Source: an uncultured Bacteroidales bacterium (lineage in GTDB: Bacteria; Bacteroidota; Bacteroidia; Bacteroidales; UBA932). Taken from it: 64,000 nt of DNA. The stretch spans positions 507 to 64,506 of the forward strand of contig CALUTT010000015.1 of the NCBI GenBank assembly GCA_944323775.1. Direction: 5' to 3'. Both the position numbers and the translations under genes were made by a program. The notes below the pieces were generated by a model. It made no database searches. It was not told the DNA's origin and was given only the letters and a program-made list of their open reading frames with translations. The number at the start of each line of letters is the position of its first letter. Position 1 is the first letter of the stretch. Below are positions 44,713-56,175 of this stretch, in pieces.

Positions 44713-46389
44713 ATGAAAACACTTCTGATTTTTGTGCTGCTTGCAGTGCACACCCCGCTCGAGGAGGCTATTCTGGCTCTGGGCGGCGTATCGTGCGTCG
44801 AGGAACTCTCCGCTGACATGATGTCACGTTTTGAAAGGCTTCACAGGCATCCGCTTGACCTCAACAGGTGCGGCCGTTCGGCTCTTCTTGCCAGCGGCCT
44901 GCTTAGCGAATATCAGGTTGCCTCTCTGCTCGAATACCGCAGCAGGACGGGAGATGTGATGTCATGGAGCGAACTTGCCCTCGTGGACGGGTTTTCCGCA
45001 GAGTTTGTCAGACACCTGCGCCATTTCACGACAGTCTCAGGAGGCGGGCTGTCGGTTTCCTTGTCGGGCCTGCCGGCCGTTTCAGGCAGTGCCGCGGCCA
45101 GTGCCTCTCTGACGGCCATGCAGGATACGGAAAGCGGGTCAAGGGCATTTTCCTCACTGTCCGGGTGGAACGGAAGACTAAGGCTCGAGGCCGAGAGCAG
45201 AAGCGGTCACGAGTTGTACTGGACTTTCAGCCATTCGGGCTCGTCGCGGACCTTCAGTCCCGGGACTCTCAGCGCGGCATATTACGGCAGAGGCACCCTT
45301 TCCAGGGTGGTCCTCGGGCACTTCAACGCCAGGTTCGGACAGGGCCTGGTCCAGTGGAGCGGATTCAGCCTCAGCGGCTTTTCTTCAATCCAGTCGTTTT
45401 CCCGCAACGCGACAGGCATTACCCCTACCGGATCCGTTTCCGCGGAATATTGCGGCGCCGCCGCGGAACTTGACTTCGGCTCCGTCAGTGCGGCCATGGC
45501 CTATTCGGTGACAGGGAGCACGGCCTTCTGCTCTCTGACCCGCCGAAGCAGGAGGATTACGGCGAGTGTGAACGCCTCAGTGCAGCCCGGCGACGGGAAG
45601 TGCTACAGGTCCGGAAATGCCGGCTGGTGTGTCTCGGCGGACTGCAAGGTCTCTGTAAGGAAGGCCAGTCTCTTCGCCGAGGCCGGGTATGCTCCTCTTG
45701 AAGGCGGGCTTGCCGCCTGCACCGGTATTCTGTTTGCGCCTGCCTACGGCTACAGGTATGCCCTGCTCCTGCGTCATTATGCTCCTGGATGGGATGAGCG
45801 CAGTACGCTTGCTGCAGGGGGACAGTACCCCATCGGCTTTTCAAGTGTGGAATATTCCGTTGACGCAGACGGAGAATTCCGGGCGCGGTTCCTGACGACG
45901 CTGCGCAAAGAATTCTCCCTGCCGGAATGGAGTCTGACTCCATCCTTCAGATATGCTTTCAAGGGCGAGGGGCTCCTGCATTCCGGACTCTCTGAGCTCA
46001 GACATGAACTGCGGCTTGAGATTGAGGCGGCCGCCGGCAGCCTGCGCCTTCGTCCGAGGTTCGATTTCGTCTACGCTTCCGGCGTGTCGCTTCTCGGCTG
46101 TGCCGAGGCCGGATGGGATGCCGAGGCCCTGAGCGCCTTTGTCAAGGCCGGTACGTTCAACATTCCTGACTGGGACGGCCGGATATATGTCTACAACCGC
46201 AGCCTTCCCGGCACGTTCAGCGTGCCGGCGTACAGAGGCAGGGGGTATTTTGTCAGCACCTGCGTAAGCGTCAGCGTTACAGGCCGTCAAAAGGTCTTTC
46301 TCGCGGGAAACACTGTGTCATATCCGCGCGATCCTGCCGGGAGGGACGGCAAGGTTTCGCTCAGCTTCATGTGGCAGGTGAAATTCTGA
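44713..46389 (+). CDS. Helix-hairpin-helix (ComEA-like) domain outer-membrane protein
   Basis: PLDLN...LLASGLLSEYQVASLLEYRSRTG...ELALVDGF HhH region, then barrel-like strands ending WQVKF. Confidence 0.65.
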   Translation: MKTLLIFVLLAVHTPLEEAILALGGVSCVEELSADMMSRFERLHRHPLDLNRCGRSALLASGLLSEYQVASLLEYRSRTGDVMSWSELALVDGFSAEFVRHLRHFTTVSGGGLSVSLSGLPAVSGSAAASASLTAMQDTESGSRAFSSLSGWNGRLRLEAESRSGHELYWTFSHSGSSRTFSPGTLSAAYYGRGTLSRVVLGHFNARFGQGLVQWSGFSLSGFSSIQSFSRNATGITPTGSVSAEYCGAAAELDFGSVSAAMAYSVTGSTAFCSLTRRSRRITASVNASVQPGDGKCYRSGNAGWCVSADCKVSVRKASLFAEAGYAPLEGGLAACTGILFAPAYGYRYALLLRHYAPGWDERSTLAAGGQYPIGFSSVEYSVDADGEFRARFLTTLRKEFSLPEWSLTPSFRYAFKGEGLLHSGLSELRHELRLEIEAAAGSLRLRPRFDFVYASGVSLLGCAEAGWDAEALSAFVKAGTFNIPDWDGRIYVYNRSLPGTFSVPAYRGRGYFVSTCVSVSVTGRQKVFLAGNTVSYPRDPAGRDGKVSLSFMWQVKF

Positions 46390-46422
46390 ACCGGGGGATG
46401 CGGGTATATCCGATACTTTTAC

Positions 46423-46430
46423 TATCTTTG
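46423..46430 (+). promoter_or_regulatory. -7 element TATCTTTG upstream of the xylanase
   Basis: Matches TAnnTTTG about 70 nt upstream of the ATG. Confidence 0.55.
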
Positions 46431-46473
46431 CCATGACAAAGCCACAACCACCGCAACCATCCACACTGGCTGA

Positions 46474-48648
<2,175 letters not shown>

Positions 48649-48674
48649 TGATGTCCGTCCGGACAGAATATGAT

Positions 48675-48707
48675 GCGGGAGGCCTTGTGGCCTTCCGCTT
48701 TTTTTTT
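48675..48707 (+). terminator. Intrinsic terminator after the xylanase
   Basis: GCGGGAGGCC-ttgt-GGCCTTCCGC stem followed by T9. Confidence 0.85.
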
Positions 48708-48775
48708 GCGCTTTGGCCCGGAGAGGTTGAGAATCCGTGGCGAAGTGTTAAATTTGGGGAAAATCGTATCAGCAG

Positions 48776-49678
48776 ATGGACCAGCCGAAAATGGAAAGAA
48801 TGCTGCGCCTGATGAAGTTCCTGTCGGGCAGCGTCAACTACAGCGTCCCGGAACTCGCTTCCAGACTTGGAATGTCTCCCAGGACAGTATACCGTTATAT
48901 CGACACGTTGCGCAGTTCGGGCTTTGCGGTGAACAGGCTCTACGGGGATACCTACAAGCTCTGCCGTCTGCCCAAGGATGCTGTCGAGATAGACCGGCTC
49001 GTGTATTTCTCCGAGGAGGAGGCTTACCTTGTGAATTCTCTCATTGACAAGCTGGTGCCCAGCAACAGCCTGAAGGCGAACCTCAAGCACAAGCTGTCGG
49101 CGATATACGGTTCGACGAGCATTGCGGACTATGTCGATACAAAGGGGAACGCTGCCATCGTGGAGGCGCTGGGCCGCTGCATCCAGGAGAGACGCAAGGC
49201 TGTGCTCAAAGACTATGAATCCGGAAATTCCCATACGATAAGGGACAGGCTCGTGGAGCCTTTCGCGTTCACTACGGACTATGAGGATGTATGGGGATTT
49301 GATCTCGAGGACTCCCGCAACAAGACATTCAAGATCTCCAGGATTTCAGAGGTCACGGTCCTCGAAGACGAATGGTCTGAGGAGAGTTCTCACCGCAAGT
49401 CGCCCACAGATGTCTTCCGGATGACATCGGATGTCACTACAAGGGTGGTGCTTGGTCTGTCCCTGTATGCGAAGAACCTGCTCGTGGAGGAATACCCTCT
49501 GGCGGCGCGCTGCATCCATCCTGCTCCGGACGGGACATGGACATTTGACGCCGAAGTGTGCGGAATGCGCGGCGTGGGCAGATTTGTGAGCGGCCTTGCC
49601 GGAGAGATACGCATAGTCGAGGGTGATGACCTGCGGGCATACCTGCATGAATATTCTAAACTTCTGGAAACAATATGA
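48776..49678 (+). CDS. HTH-WYL domain transcriptional regulator
   Basis: ELASRLGMSPRTVYRYIDTL HTH; R.VEPF, VWGFDL, KTFKISRI WYL domain. Confidence 0.85.
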   Translation: MDQPKMERMLRLMKFLSGSVNYSVPELASRLGMSPRTVYRYIDTLRSSGFAVNRLYGDTYKLCRLPKDAVEIDRLVYFSEEEAYLVNSLIDKLVPSNSLKANLKHKLSAIYGSTSIADYVDTKGNAAIVEALGRCIQERRKAVLKDYESGNSHTIRDRLVEPFAFTTDYEDVWGFDLEDSRNKTFKISRISEVTVLEDEWSEESSHRKSPTDVFRMTSDVTTRVVLGLSLYAKNLLVEEYPLAARCIHPAPDGTWTFDAEVCGMRGVGRFVSGLAGEIRIVEGDDLRAYLHEYSKLLETI

Positions 49679-49992
49679 CCAAGGATGTAAGGATTACCGT
49701 GATGCGGCGCAGCTGCTATCCGGACTTGATAGAAAAATACGAAAATCCCATTGAACATGCGTGCGTACTCGGCACGGGTGATGTCTTCATATCGTGCGGC
49801 GGCAGTAAACCTGAAGGCCTCTGCGAGAGCGCCTGGGAGTCTATGAGGGAGTTTGTGGAAGAACTTTCAAAAGGAGGCGGCGATTTTTTCGGGGGATGGA
49901 TGAAGAACCCTCATTCTGCCATGATATCATGTAATGACGGTTTCCGGCCGGTCAGCTTCCTGCTTGAAGCCGTGGAAGGAGAGCCGCAATAA
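49675..49992 (+). CDS. TIGR04076-family small protein
   Basis: KPEGLCESAW and ISCNDGFRPVSFLLE motifs; ATGA overlap with the WYL gene. Confidence 0.78.
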   Translation: MTKDVRITVMRRSCYPDLIEKYENPIEHACVLGTGDVFISCGGSKPEGLCESAWESMREFVEELSKGGGDFFGGWMKNPHSAMISCNDGFRPVSFLLEAVEGEPQ

Positions 49993-49997
49993 GAAAA

Positions 49998-50028
49998 CGG
50001 GACGCGGAAAGATGTACTTTGCGTCCCG
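49998..50028. terminator. Probable bidirectional terminator between the WYL operon and tRNA-Cys
   Basis: CGGGACGC...GCGTCCCG stem flanked by A tracts. Confidence 0.6.
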
Positions 50029-50044
50029 GAAAAAGCCTTGAATG

Positions 50045-50115
50045 AGGTGCGTAGCGGAATCGAACCACTGTAACAGGTTTTGCAGACCTGTGCCTGACCG
50101 CTCGGCCAACGCACC
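50045..50115 (-). tRNA. tRNA-Cys (GCA)
   Basis: GGTGCGT acceptor stem, CAGGT-CTGCAAA-ACCTG anticodon arm, GGTTCGATTCC T-loop, U73 discriminator, CCA not encoded. Confidence 0.95.
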
Positions 50116-50229
50116 TTGAGGCTTGCAAAGATACTATTTTTCCTTTTAATTCCAAATCATTTTTTCATTAATGTTTTTCAGGCACATTTTATGAAAGATA
50201 TTTGTTAAATTTGTAAAAAATACTGCTTT

Positions 50230-50673
50230 ATGAAACATTTGGCTTTGACTTTCGCTATAGCCCTCATGCTGAGTTCATGCGGGACCGCCAACAGGGCTGT
50301 TTCAGTCGACCATAACGGTGACGACAAGATCAACATCGGCTACGGCACGACTACCAAGGATGACAGCAACAACGCCGTTTCTTCCCTGAAGGTTGACGAC
50401 AAGACTTCGTTCACAAGCATCTATGACTATATCGAAGGAAGGATACCCGGAGTTACCGTCGTCGGCAACAAGTTCCGTGTCCGCGGAACCAGGACGATAA
50501 GCGGAGAAGGCTACGCGCTGGTGCTCGTTGACGGAATCGAGGTGGAAGACCTGACGGGTATTACTCCCGACATGGTAGAGTCCGTGGATGTCCTCAAGGA
50601 TGCCGCTTCATCATCAATTTACGGTGTGCGCGGAGCCAACGGGGTAATTATCATCAATACCCGCAAGAAATAA
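50230..50673 (+). CDS. Stand-alone TonB-dependent receptor plug-domain lipoprotein
   Basis: Lipobox MLSSC, GRIPGVTV, LVLVDG, VDVLKDAASSSIYGVRGANGVIIINT. Confidence 0.85.
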   Translation: MKHLALTFAIALMLSSCGTANRAVSVDHNGDDKINIGYGTTTKDDSNNAVSSLKVDDKTSFTSIYDYIEGRIPGVTVVGNKFRVRGTRTISGEGYALVLVDGIEVEDLTGITPDMVESVDVLKDAASSSIYGVRGANGVIIINTRKK

Positions 50674-51290
50674 TGGTCCACAATATTGTCTTTGACTTTG
50701 GCGCCGTACTCGTGGACTGGAATCCGAGACGGTTGTATGAGCCATATTTCAACGACAGCCGCAAGACGGACTTTTTCCTTGAGAAAATCTGTCCGTTCGA
50801 GTGGAACACATCTGCTGATGCAGGACGCCCCCTTTCCGAGGTAACTCAGGAAAGGGTTTTATTGTATCCTGAATGGGAGAAGGAGATCAGAATGTACTTC
50901 GGACAGTGGATAAAGATGATGGGTGACGAGATTCCCGGCATGGAGGACCTGCTGCGTGAACTCAAGTCATACGGATATCCGCTTTACGGGTTGAGCAACT
51001 GGTCTGCCGAGACATTCCATCTCGTGCTCGAGAGGTATCCTGTATTCAGCCTTCTTGACGGATATGTAATATCCGGCGAGGTGCACTGTGTCAAGCCTGA
51101 CGAGAAAATATACCGTACTCTGCTTGAAAGGTATGCCCTGAAGGCGGAGGAGTGTGTTTTTATCGATGACAGGGCGGAGAATATCGCGGCTGCAAGGGCT
51201 ATCGGAATGCAGGGCATTGTCTTCGAGTCGGAACCGAAACTGCGTGAGGCCCTCTCCCCTGTTATCGGCAGGAATCTTGTGAAAGCCTGA
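50673..51290 (+). CDS. HAD-family phosphatase
   Basis: VFDFGAVLVDW, LSNW, VKPDEKIY, FIDDRAENI. Confidence 0.85.
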   Translation: MVHNIVFDFGAVLVDWNPRRLYEPYFNDSRKTDFFLEKICPFEWNTSADAGRPLSEVTQERVLLYPEWEKEIRMYFGQWIKMMGDEIPGMEDLLRELKSYGYPLYGLSNWSAETFHLVLERYPVFSLLDGYVISGEVHCVKPDEKIYRTLLERYALKAEECVFIDDRAENIAAARAIGMQGIVFESEPKLREALSPVIGRNLVKA

Positions 51291-51322
51291 CAGCGCCGGG
51301 TCTTGCCGTTTTTCCGGGTCGC

Positions 51323-51976
51323 CTACAGTTCGGCCAGTACGGTTTCGCAAGCCCGCACATAATCCCCGAGATTTACCTTTATTTCGGCATCCAGAGGAAG
51401 GAACATGTCTATTCTGGAGCCGAATTTTATTATGCCGCACTGCTCCCCTGCCCTCGCCGTGTCCTGCCTGCCGGCATAGCATACTATTCTTCTGGCAAAG
51501 CCTCCAGCTATCTGCTTGAAGAACACCTGACGGCCGTCGGCAGTGGTGATCCCTACGCAGCTGTGCTCGTTTTCCTCTGACGATTTGGGCTTGAACGCGA
51601 GCATGTGCTTGCCCGGATAGTATCTGTAGTATGTGACCTTGCCGTCTACAGGCCAGAAGTTCGCGTGGACGTCGAAGAAGTTCATGTACACGGAGAGCTG
51701 AATGCATTCCTTCCTGAGATATTCCGGCTCGTATGTCTTTTCGAGAATCACTATCCTGCCGTCCGCAACGGAGGTGACAGCCTTGGAAGATCCTCTCCTT
51801 CTGCGCTTCGGGACCGAGAAGAAGGCAAGCTGCCATACACAGAACCACAGCAGTATGGCCACGACCGGATAAACGACATACGGTATCCTTACAAAGCGTA
51901 TGAACAGGAAAGCCACTGCAGCGCTTCCGATGAAGGCCGCAGCCAGACTGCCCCATGAATTCCTGTCAATCCTCAT
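51323..51976 (-). CDS. psd: Phosphatidylserine decarboxylase proenzyme
   Basis: SVADGRIV, SVYMNFFDVH, QIAG..ARRIV, IIKFGSRID (GS self-cleavage site). Confidence 0.9.
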   Translation of the reverse strand: MRIDRNSWGSLAAAFIGSAAVAFLFIRFVRIPYVVYPVVAILLWFCVWQLAFFSVPKRRRRGSSKAVTSVADGRIVILEKTYEPEYLRKECIQLSVYMNFFDVHANFWPVDGKVTYYRYYPGKHMLAFKPKSSEENEHSCVGITTADGRQVFFKQIAGGFARRIVCYAGRQDTARAGEQCGIIKFGSRIDMFLPLDAEIKVNLGDYVRACETVLAEL

Positions 51977-51990
51977 AAGCCACTCTCAAT

Positions 51991-52821
51991 TCACATCAGT
52001 CCAAAAGCCGACAGGTAGACGGCAGCGGCGGGAATAGCGACGAGACTGCTGTCGAAGCGGTCAAGCATGCCGCCGTGCCCCGGAATGATAGAGCCTGAAT
52101 CCTTGACATGGTAGTGTCTCTTCCACTGCGACTCGAACAGGTCACCGCAGACACCGCAGATACTGATAAGTGCTCCGAGGACGATACAGTGGATCATTGG
52201 AATCGAGTTCCATATCCAGAAGTGGAGCCCGACAGATGCCGCGACGGCGAAGGCGAGACCGCTCCAGAACCCCCACCATGACTTCTTGGGCGAGATCTCC
52301 GGGGCAAGCTTGCGGGCCCCTTCCTTCTGCCCGAACAGGGTCCCGAAGCAGTACGCTCCGACATCGGAAACCCATATCACGGCAAAGAACGAGAGAAGCA
52401 TCCATCCGTCGTATATCTCACCGTCCATCATTATAAGCGGCAAGAGGACAATGGGAAGGGCAATATAGACCAGTCCTGCATATATGAGGGAAAGGTCTGC
52501 AAAATCTTCTCTGACTCCCTCGAAGATGCTGAACATTGGAATCAGCAGCAGCGGAATCAGGGCAAGGGCCACATACCCTGCCGGCAGACCGTAAAAGCAG
52601 TGGCAGGCCACAAGCGCGAAAGCCGCCGCTCCGGTCAGGAGACCAAGCTTCTGCTGGAAACGGAACCTGTTCCCTAGGGATATCGAGTAGAACTCCCTGA
52701 GGGCGAAATACAAAATGACAAGGAACAGGGCGCCGAAAAGCATCCTGTCCCAGATTATGCAAAACACCATCACGGCAAGGAAAACCAGGCCGGAAAGTGT
52801 TCTGACAGCCAGATTATTCAT
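51991..52821 (-). CDS. cdsA: Phosphatidate cytidylyltransferase
   Basis: SDVGAY, PEISPKKSWWG, GDLFESQWKR, KDSG..IPGHGGMLDRFDS; start at MNNLAV. Confidence 0.92.
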   Translation of the reverse strand: MNNLAVRTLSGLVFLAVMVFCIIWDRMLFGALFLVILYFALREFYSISLGNRFRFQQKLGLLTGAAAFALVACHCFYGLPAGYVALALIPLLLIPMFSIFEGVREDFADLSLIYAGLVYIALPIVLLPLIMMDGEIYDGWMLLSFFAVIWVSDVGAYCFGTLFGQKEGARKLAPEISPKKSWWGFWSGLAFAVAASVGLHFWIWNSIPMIHCIVLGALISICGVCGDLFESQWKRHYHVKDSGSIIPGHGGMLDRFDSSLVAIPAAAVYLSAFGLM

Positions 52822-54856
52822 TGTTCTGCTCGGTTGTTTTATCCTGACCTTCAGTTGTTTTATCCTGATCCTCAGTCTTTTTGTCCTGGTTCTCAGTCTT
52901 TGCTGCGTCATCTTCGCTCTTGAGACGCTCTTCGCCATGCTTTCCGGCCTTCGGGCCGAACAGAGCCTCGATGTCCTCGGCCATGATGACCTCCTTGTCG
53001 ATAAGCATCTGAGCAAGTTTCGATACTCCATCCCAGTGTTCGGAAAGAATCTTGCGGGTCTTTTCCGTGACTTCGTCGACCAGGGCGCGGACCTCCGAGT
53101 CTATTAGTTCGGCAGTCTTCTCGCTGAAAGGCTTGGTAAAGCCGTATCCTCCTGCATCGTAGAATGACACGTTCCCGACCTTGGGGCTCATGCCGTAGTA
53201 GCTTACCATGGCATAGGCCATCTTGGTCATGCGTTCGAAATCGTTGAGAGCGCCTGAACACGGCACACCGTCGTTGACTATCTCTTCAGCTACCCTGCCG
53301 GCGACAAGGCAGCACATGTCATCCATCAGGTCGGACTTGGACATCATCACCTTCTCGTCCGGAAGACTCCAGGTGAGACCGAGGGCCTGGCCTCTCGGAA
53401 TGATGGAAACCTTGAGGACCGGGTCGCAGCCGGGAAGCAGCCACCCTGTCACGGCATGGCCGGCTTCATGGAATGCGGTCAGCCGCTTCTCCTCGGGCGA
53501 CATTATGGTCTTCTTGCGCTCGATACCGCCGACAATCCTGTCTACGGCGTCGGCAAAGTCCTTGTTGCCTATGGATTTCTTGCCGTTTCTTGCGGCTCCA
53601 AGCGCAGCTTCGTTGCAGACATTAGCGATGTCTGCGCCGGAAAAGCCGGGAGTGTGCTTGGCTATTGCGTCCAGATCGAAATCCGGAGAGAGCTTCAGCT
53701 TGCGTATATGGACCTTGAATATCTCCTTTCTTTCATTGAGGTCCGGCAGGGTCACTTGAATCTGCCGGTCGAACCTTCCTGCACGCATGAGGGCCTTGTC
53801 GAGGATGTCGGCCCGGTTGGTCGCGGCGAGCACTATTACACCGCTGTTGGTGCCGAATCCGTCCATCTCTGTGAGGAGCTGGTTCAGGGTGTTCTCCCGC
53901 TCGTCGTTGGAAGAGAAGCCTACATTCTTGCCTCTTGCCCTTCCGACGGCGTCAATCTCGTCGATGAACACGATGCACGGGGCTTTTTCCTTGGCCTGTG
54001 CGAAAAGGTCCCTCACCCTGCTGGCTCCGACGCCGACAAACATTTCGACGAAGTCGGAACCGCTGATGCTGAAGAAAGGCACGTTGGCTTCACCGGCAAC
54101 AGCCTTTGCGAGCAGGGTCTTGCCGGTGCCTGGAGGCCCGACGAGCAGCGCTCCCTTGGGTATCTTGCCTCCAAGTGCGGTATATTTGCCAGGGTTCTTG
54201 AGGAAATCGACTATCTCCATTACCTCTTCTTTGGCACCGTACAGTCCGGCGACATCCTTGAAGGTTACGTTGACCTTGTCCTTGTCTGTCAGCTTGCCGT
54301 TTGCCTTCCCGACATTGAAGGGATTCATTCCGCCGCCGCCGGCATTGCCGCCGCCCATCTGGCGCGACATGGAGCGGAACATCCAGCTGTACAGGAGTAC
54401 AAGCAGGACGACCGGAATTATCCATTCCAGCATTCCTCCCCAGATGTTGGTCTTGTTCTCCATGTATACAGGAACCTTGCTGTCGGAGGGAAGCTGTGCG
54501 TTGAGAGCGGCAAATTCCGTCTCAGGGTCAAACTTGGATGAAGTCAGAAAATAGAACTGCGGGGAGCTTTTCGGGAACTTGCCTTCGGGGAAAAGCCCGG
54601 AATACTTCGAGAGGCTGTCAGGTCTGACTGACACATTCCCCTTGAAGTCGTTTCTGATGAAGTGTATGTCCTTGACGTCACCGTTCAGGACCATTTCCTG
54701 AACCTGCGCCCATTCTATCTTCTTAGCGGGGACGCCGCTGTTGCTGAATAGCATCCATGCTATGCACAGCAGCAGAACTATGTAGAGGATAGTGGAAAGG
54801 TTGATTCTGATCACTCTTTTCTGCGGTCCTCTGTTATTGTTGGGTTTTTGAGCCAT
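52814..54856 (-). CDS. ftsH: ATP-dependent zinc metalloprotease FtsH
   Basis: Two TM segments, GPPGTGKT, FIDEIDA, ATNR, RFDR, HEAGH. Confidence 0.96.
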   Translation of the reverse strand: MAQKPNNNRGPQKRVIRINLSTILYIVLLLCIAWMLFSNSGVPAKKIEWAQVQEMVLNGDVKDIHFIRNDFKGNVSVRPDSLSKYSGLFPEGKFPKSSPQFYFLTSSKFDPETEFAALNAQLPSDSKVPVYMENKTNIWGGMLEWIIPVVLLVLLYSWMFRSMSRQMGGGNAGGGGMNPFNVGKANGKLTDKDKVNVTFKDVAGLYGAKEEVMEIVDFLKNPGKYTALGGKIPKGALLVGPPGTGKTLLAKAVAGEANVPFFSISGSDFVEMFVGVGASRVRDLFAQAKEKAPCIVFIDEIDAVGRARGKNVGFSSNDERENTLNQLLTEMDGFGTNSGVIVLAATNRADILDKALMRAGRFDRQIQVTLPDLNERKEIFKVHIRKLKLSPDFDLDAIAKHTPGFSGADIANVCNEAALGAARNGKKSIGNKDFADAVDRIVGGIERKKTIMSPEEKRLTAFHEAGHAVTGWLLPGCDPVLKVSIIPRGQALGLTWSLPDEKVMMSKSDLMDDMCCLVAGRVAEEIVNDGVPCSGALNDFERMTKMAYAMVSYYGMSPKVGNVSFYDAGGYGFTKPFSEKTAELIDSEVRALVDEVTEKTRKILSEHWDGVSKLAQMLIDKEVIMAEDIEALFGPKAGKHGEERLKSEDDAAKTENQDKKTEDQDKTTEGQDKTTEQNNE
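52830..52901 (-). repeat. Imperfect 21-bp tandem repeat (about 3.4 copies) in the ftsH 3' end
   Basis: Encodes KTENQDK-KTEDQDK-TTEGQDK-TTE. Confidence 0.75.
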
Positions 54857-54892
54857 CTTGTTTAATTTTGTGCGTGCAAAGATACAACAAAA

Positions 54893-55522
54893 ATGGAACC
54901 ACAGCGTGAAAAAGCCGAGATTATATGGCTGGAGTCGGCCGATTCGACAAACAGGGCGCTCCGGCAGGTGATGGACCGGATTGACAATTTGTCAGTCATC
55001 GCTGCCAGGGAGCAGACGCACGGCCGTGGGCAGGGCGACCACGTGTGGTATTCATCGCCCGGGCTGAATCTCACTTTCAGCATGCTTTTCGAATTCGGAG
55101 ACTCTTGCGGGAGCCTGCCCCTGCCAGCTTCCGATGCAGGCGTGGTGATGCAGATCGCCACTCTGGGCGTACGGGACTATCTTGTGTCAAGGGGAATCGG
55201 GAACGTCAGGATCAAGTGGCCGAACGACATATGGGTAGCGGACAGGAAAATATGCGGAATGCTGATAGAGAATGTTATCGAAGACTCGAAAGTGGTTCGC
55301 AGCATTGCGGGAATCGGTGTAAACGTCAATGAGACCGACTGGCCCGAAGACCTGCCGAACCCGGTGTCAATGAAACAGCTTGCGGGACGCGGATATGATC
55401 CGGAGACGGAACTTCCCGAACTCGTGGGACGCCTTGCCGCGCGCTACATGCAGGCTTCAGGTGAAGACGGGAGGAAGACTCTTGCGTCAGAATTCTCGAA
55501 GTATGTCTTCAGGCTCCCCTGA
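54893..55522 (+). CDS. birA: Biotin--protein ligase (no HTH domain)
   Basis: DSTN, QTHGRGQ, IKWPNDI, KICGMLIE, GIGVNVN. Confidence 0.9.
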   Translation: MEPQREKAEIIWLESADSTNRALRQVMDRIDNLSVIAAREQTHGRGQGDHVWYSSPGLNLTFSMLFEFGDSCGSLPLPASDAGVVMQIATLGVRDYLVSRGIGNVRIKWPNDIWVADRKICGMLIENVIEDSKVVRSIAGIGVNVNETDWPEDLPNPVSMKQLAGRGYDPETELPELVGRLAARYMQASGEDGRKTLASEFSKYVFRLP

Positions 55523-56156
55523 GCGCTCTGACGGCAGCCTCGGGATCTGCGGCGCCGAATACGGCGCTCCCCGCTACGGCGATATCGACTCCTGCGTCGC
55601 GTACGGAGGAAACTGTTGTCATGTTTATTCCACCGTCCATCTCTATCAGGGCATCGGCGCCGAGACGCTTTATTTCCCTTTTCAGGGACGCGGCCCTTTC
55701 AAGGGATTCCGGAATGAACTTCTGCCCTCCGAATCCGGCGAACACTGACATAAGAAGGAAATAGTCGGCCTGTCCGATATAGGGGAACAGTCTGTCGACA
55801 GGGACATCGGGATTGATCACGAGTCCGGCCTTCATGCCGAGGGACTTGATTCTGGCAAGATATTCGGCACTGTGGCTGCCGGCCGCTTCATAATGGAAGG
55901 AGCACATCGACACCCCGTCGGAGGCTATCTTGTCGAACCAGCGCTGGGGCTCGACAACCATCAGATGTGCGTCCATCGGTACGCTGACTGCCGGAGCGAG
56001 CTGGTCGATAACTGAAAATCCGAAAGAAATGTTGGGCACCAGGGACCCGTCCATCACGTCAAGATGGAGTATGTCGCCGCTTCTGTTGACGGTCTGCAGG
56101 TCTTTCTCGAGTCTGAGGAAGTTTGCGGCAAGGATGGATGGAGCAATCCGGAACAT
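55509..56156 (-). CDS. rpe: Ribulose-phosphate 3-epimerase
   Basis: IAPSIL, HLDVMDG..VPNISFG, DAHLMV, MSVFAGFGGQKF, MDGG. Confidence 0.93.
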   Translation of the reverse strand: MFRIAPSILAANFLRLEKDLQTVNRSGDILHLDVMDGSLVPNISFGFSVIDQLAPAVSVPMDAHLMVVEPQRWFDKIASDGVSMCSFHYEAAGSHSAEYLARIKSLGMKAGLVINPDVPVDRLFPYIGQADYFLLMSVFAGFGGQKFIPESLERAASLKREIKRLGADALIEMDGGINMTTVSSVRDAGVDIAVAGSAVFGAADPEAAVRALRGA

Positions 56157-56175
56157 CGCCTTGGTATATTGGTTA

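Noticed and set aside
44646-44819. Long N-terminal extensions in the ORF track (hpt, cdsA, rpe, rho, FimB, HTH, BACON)
   Set aside because: They overlap neighbouring genes or promoters. Downstream ATGs match family N-termini, so starts were trimmed.
49026-49036. 11-bp match (ATTCTCTCATT) to the right IR region inside the WYL gene
   Set aside because: It covers only half of the dyad, lies in coding sequence 36 kb away, and is plausibly chance.
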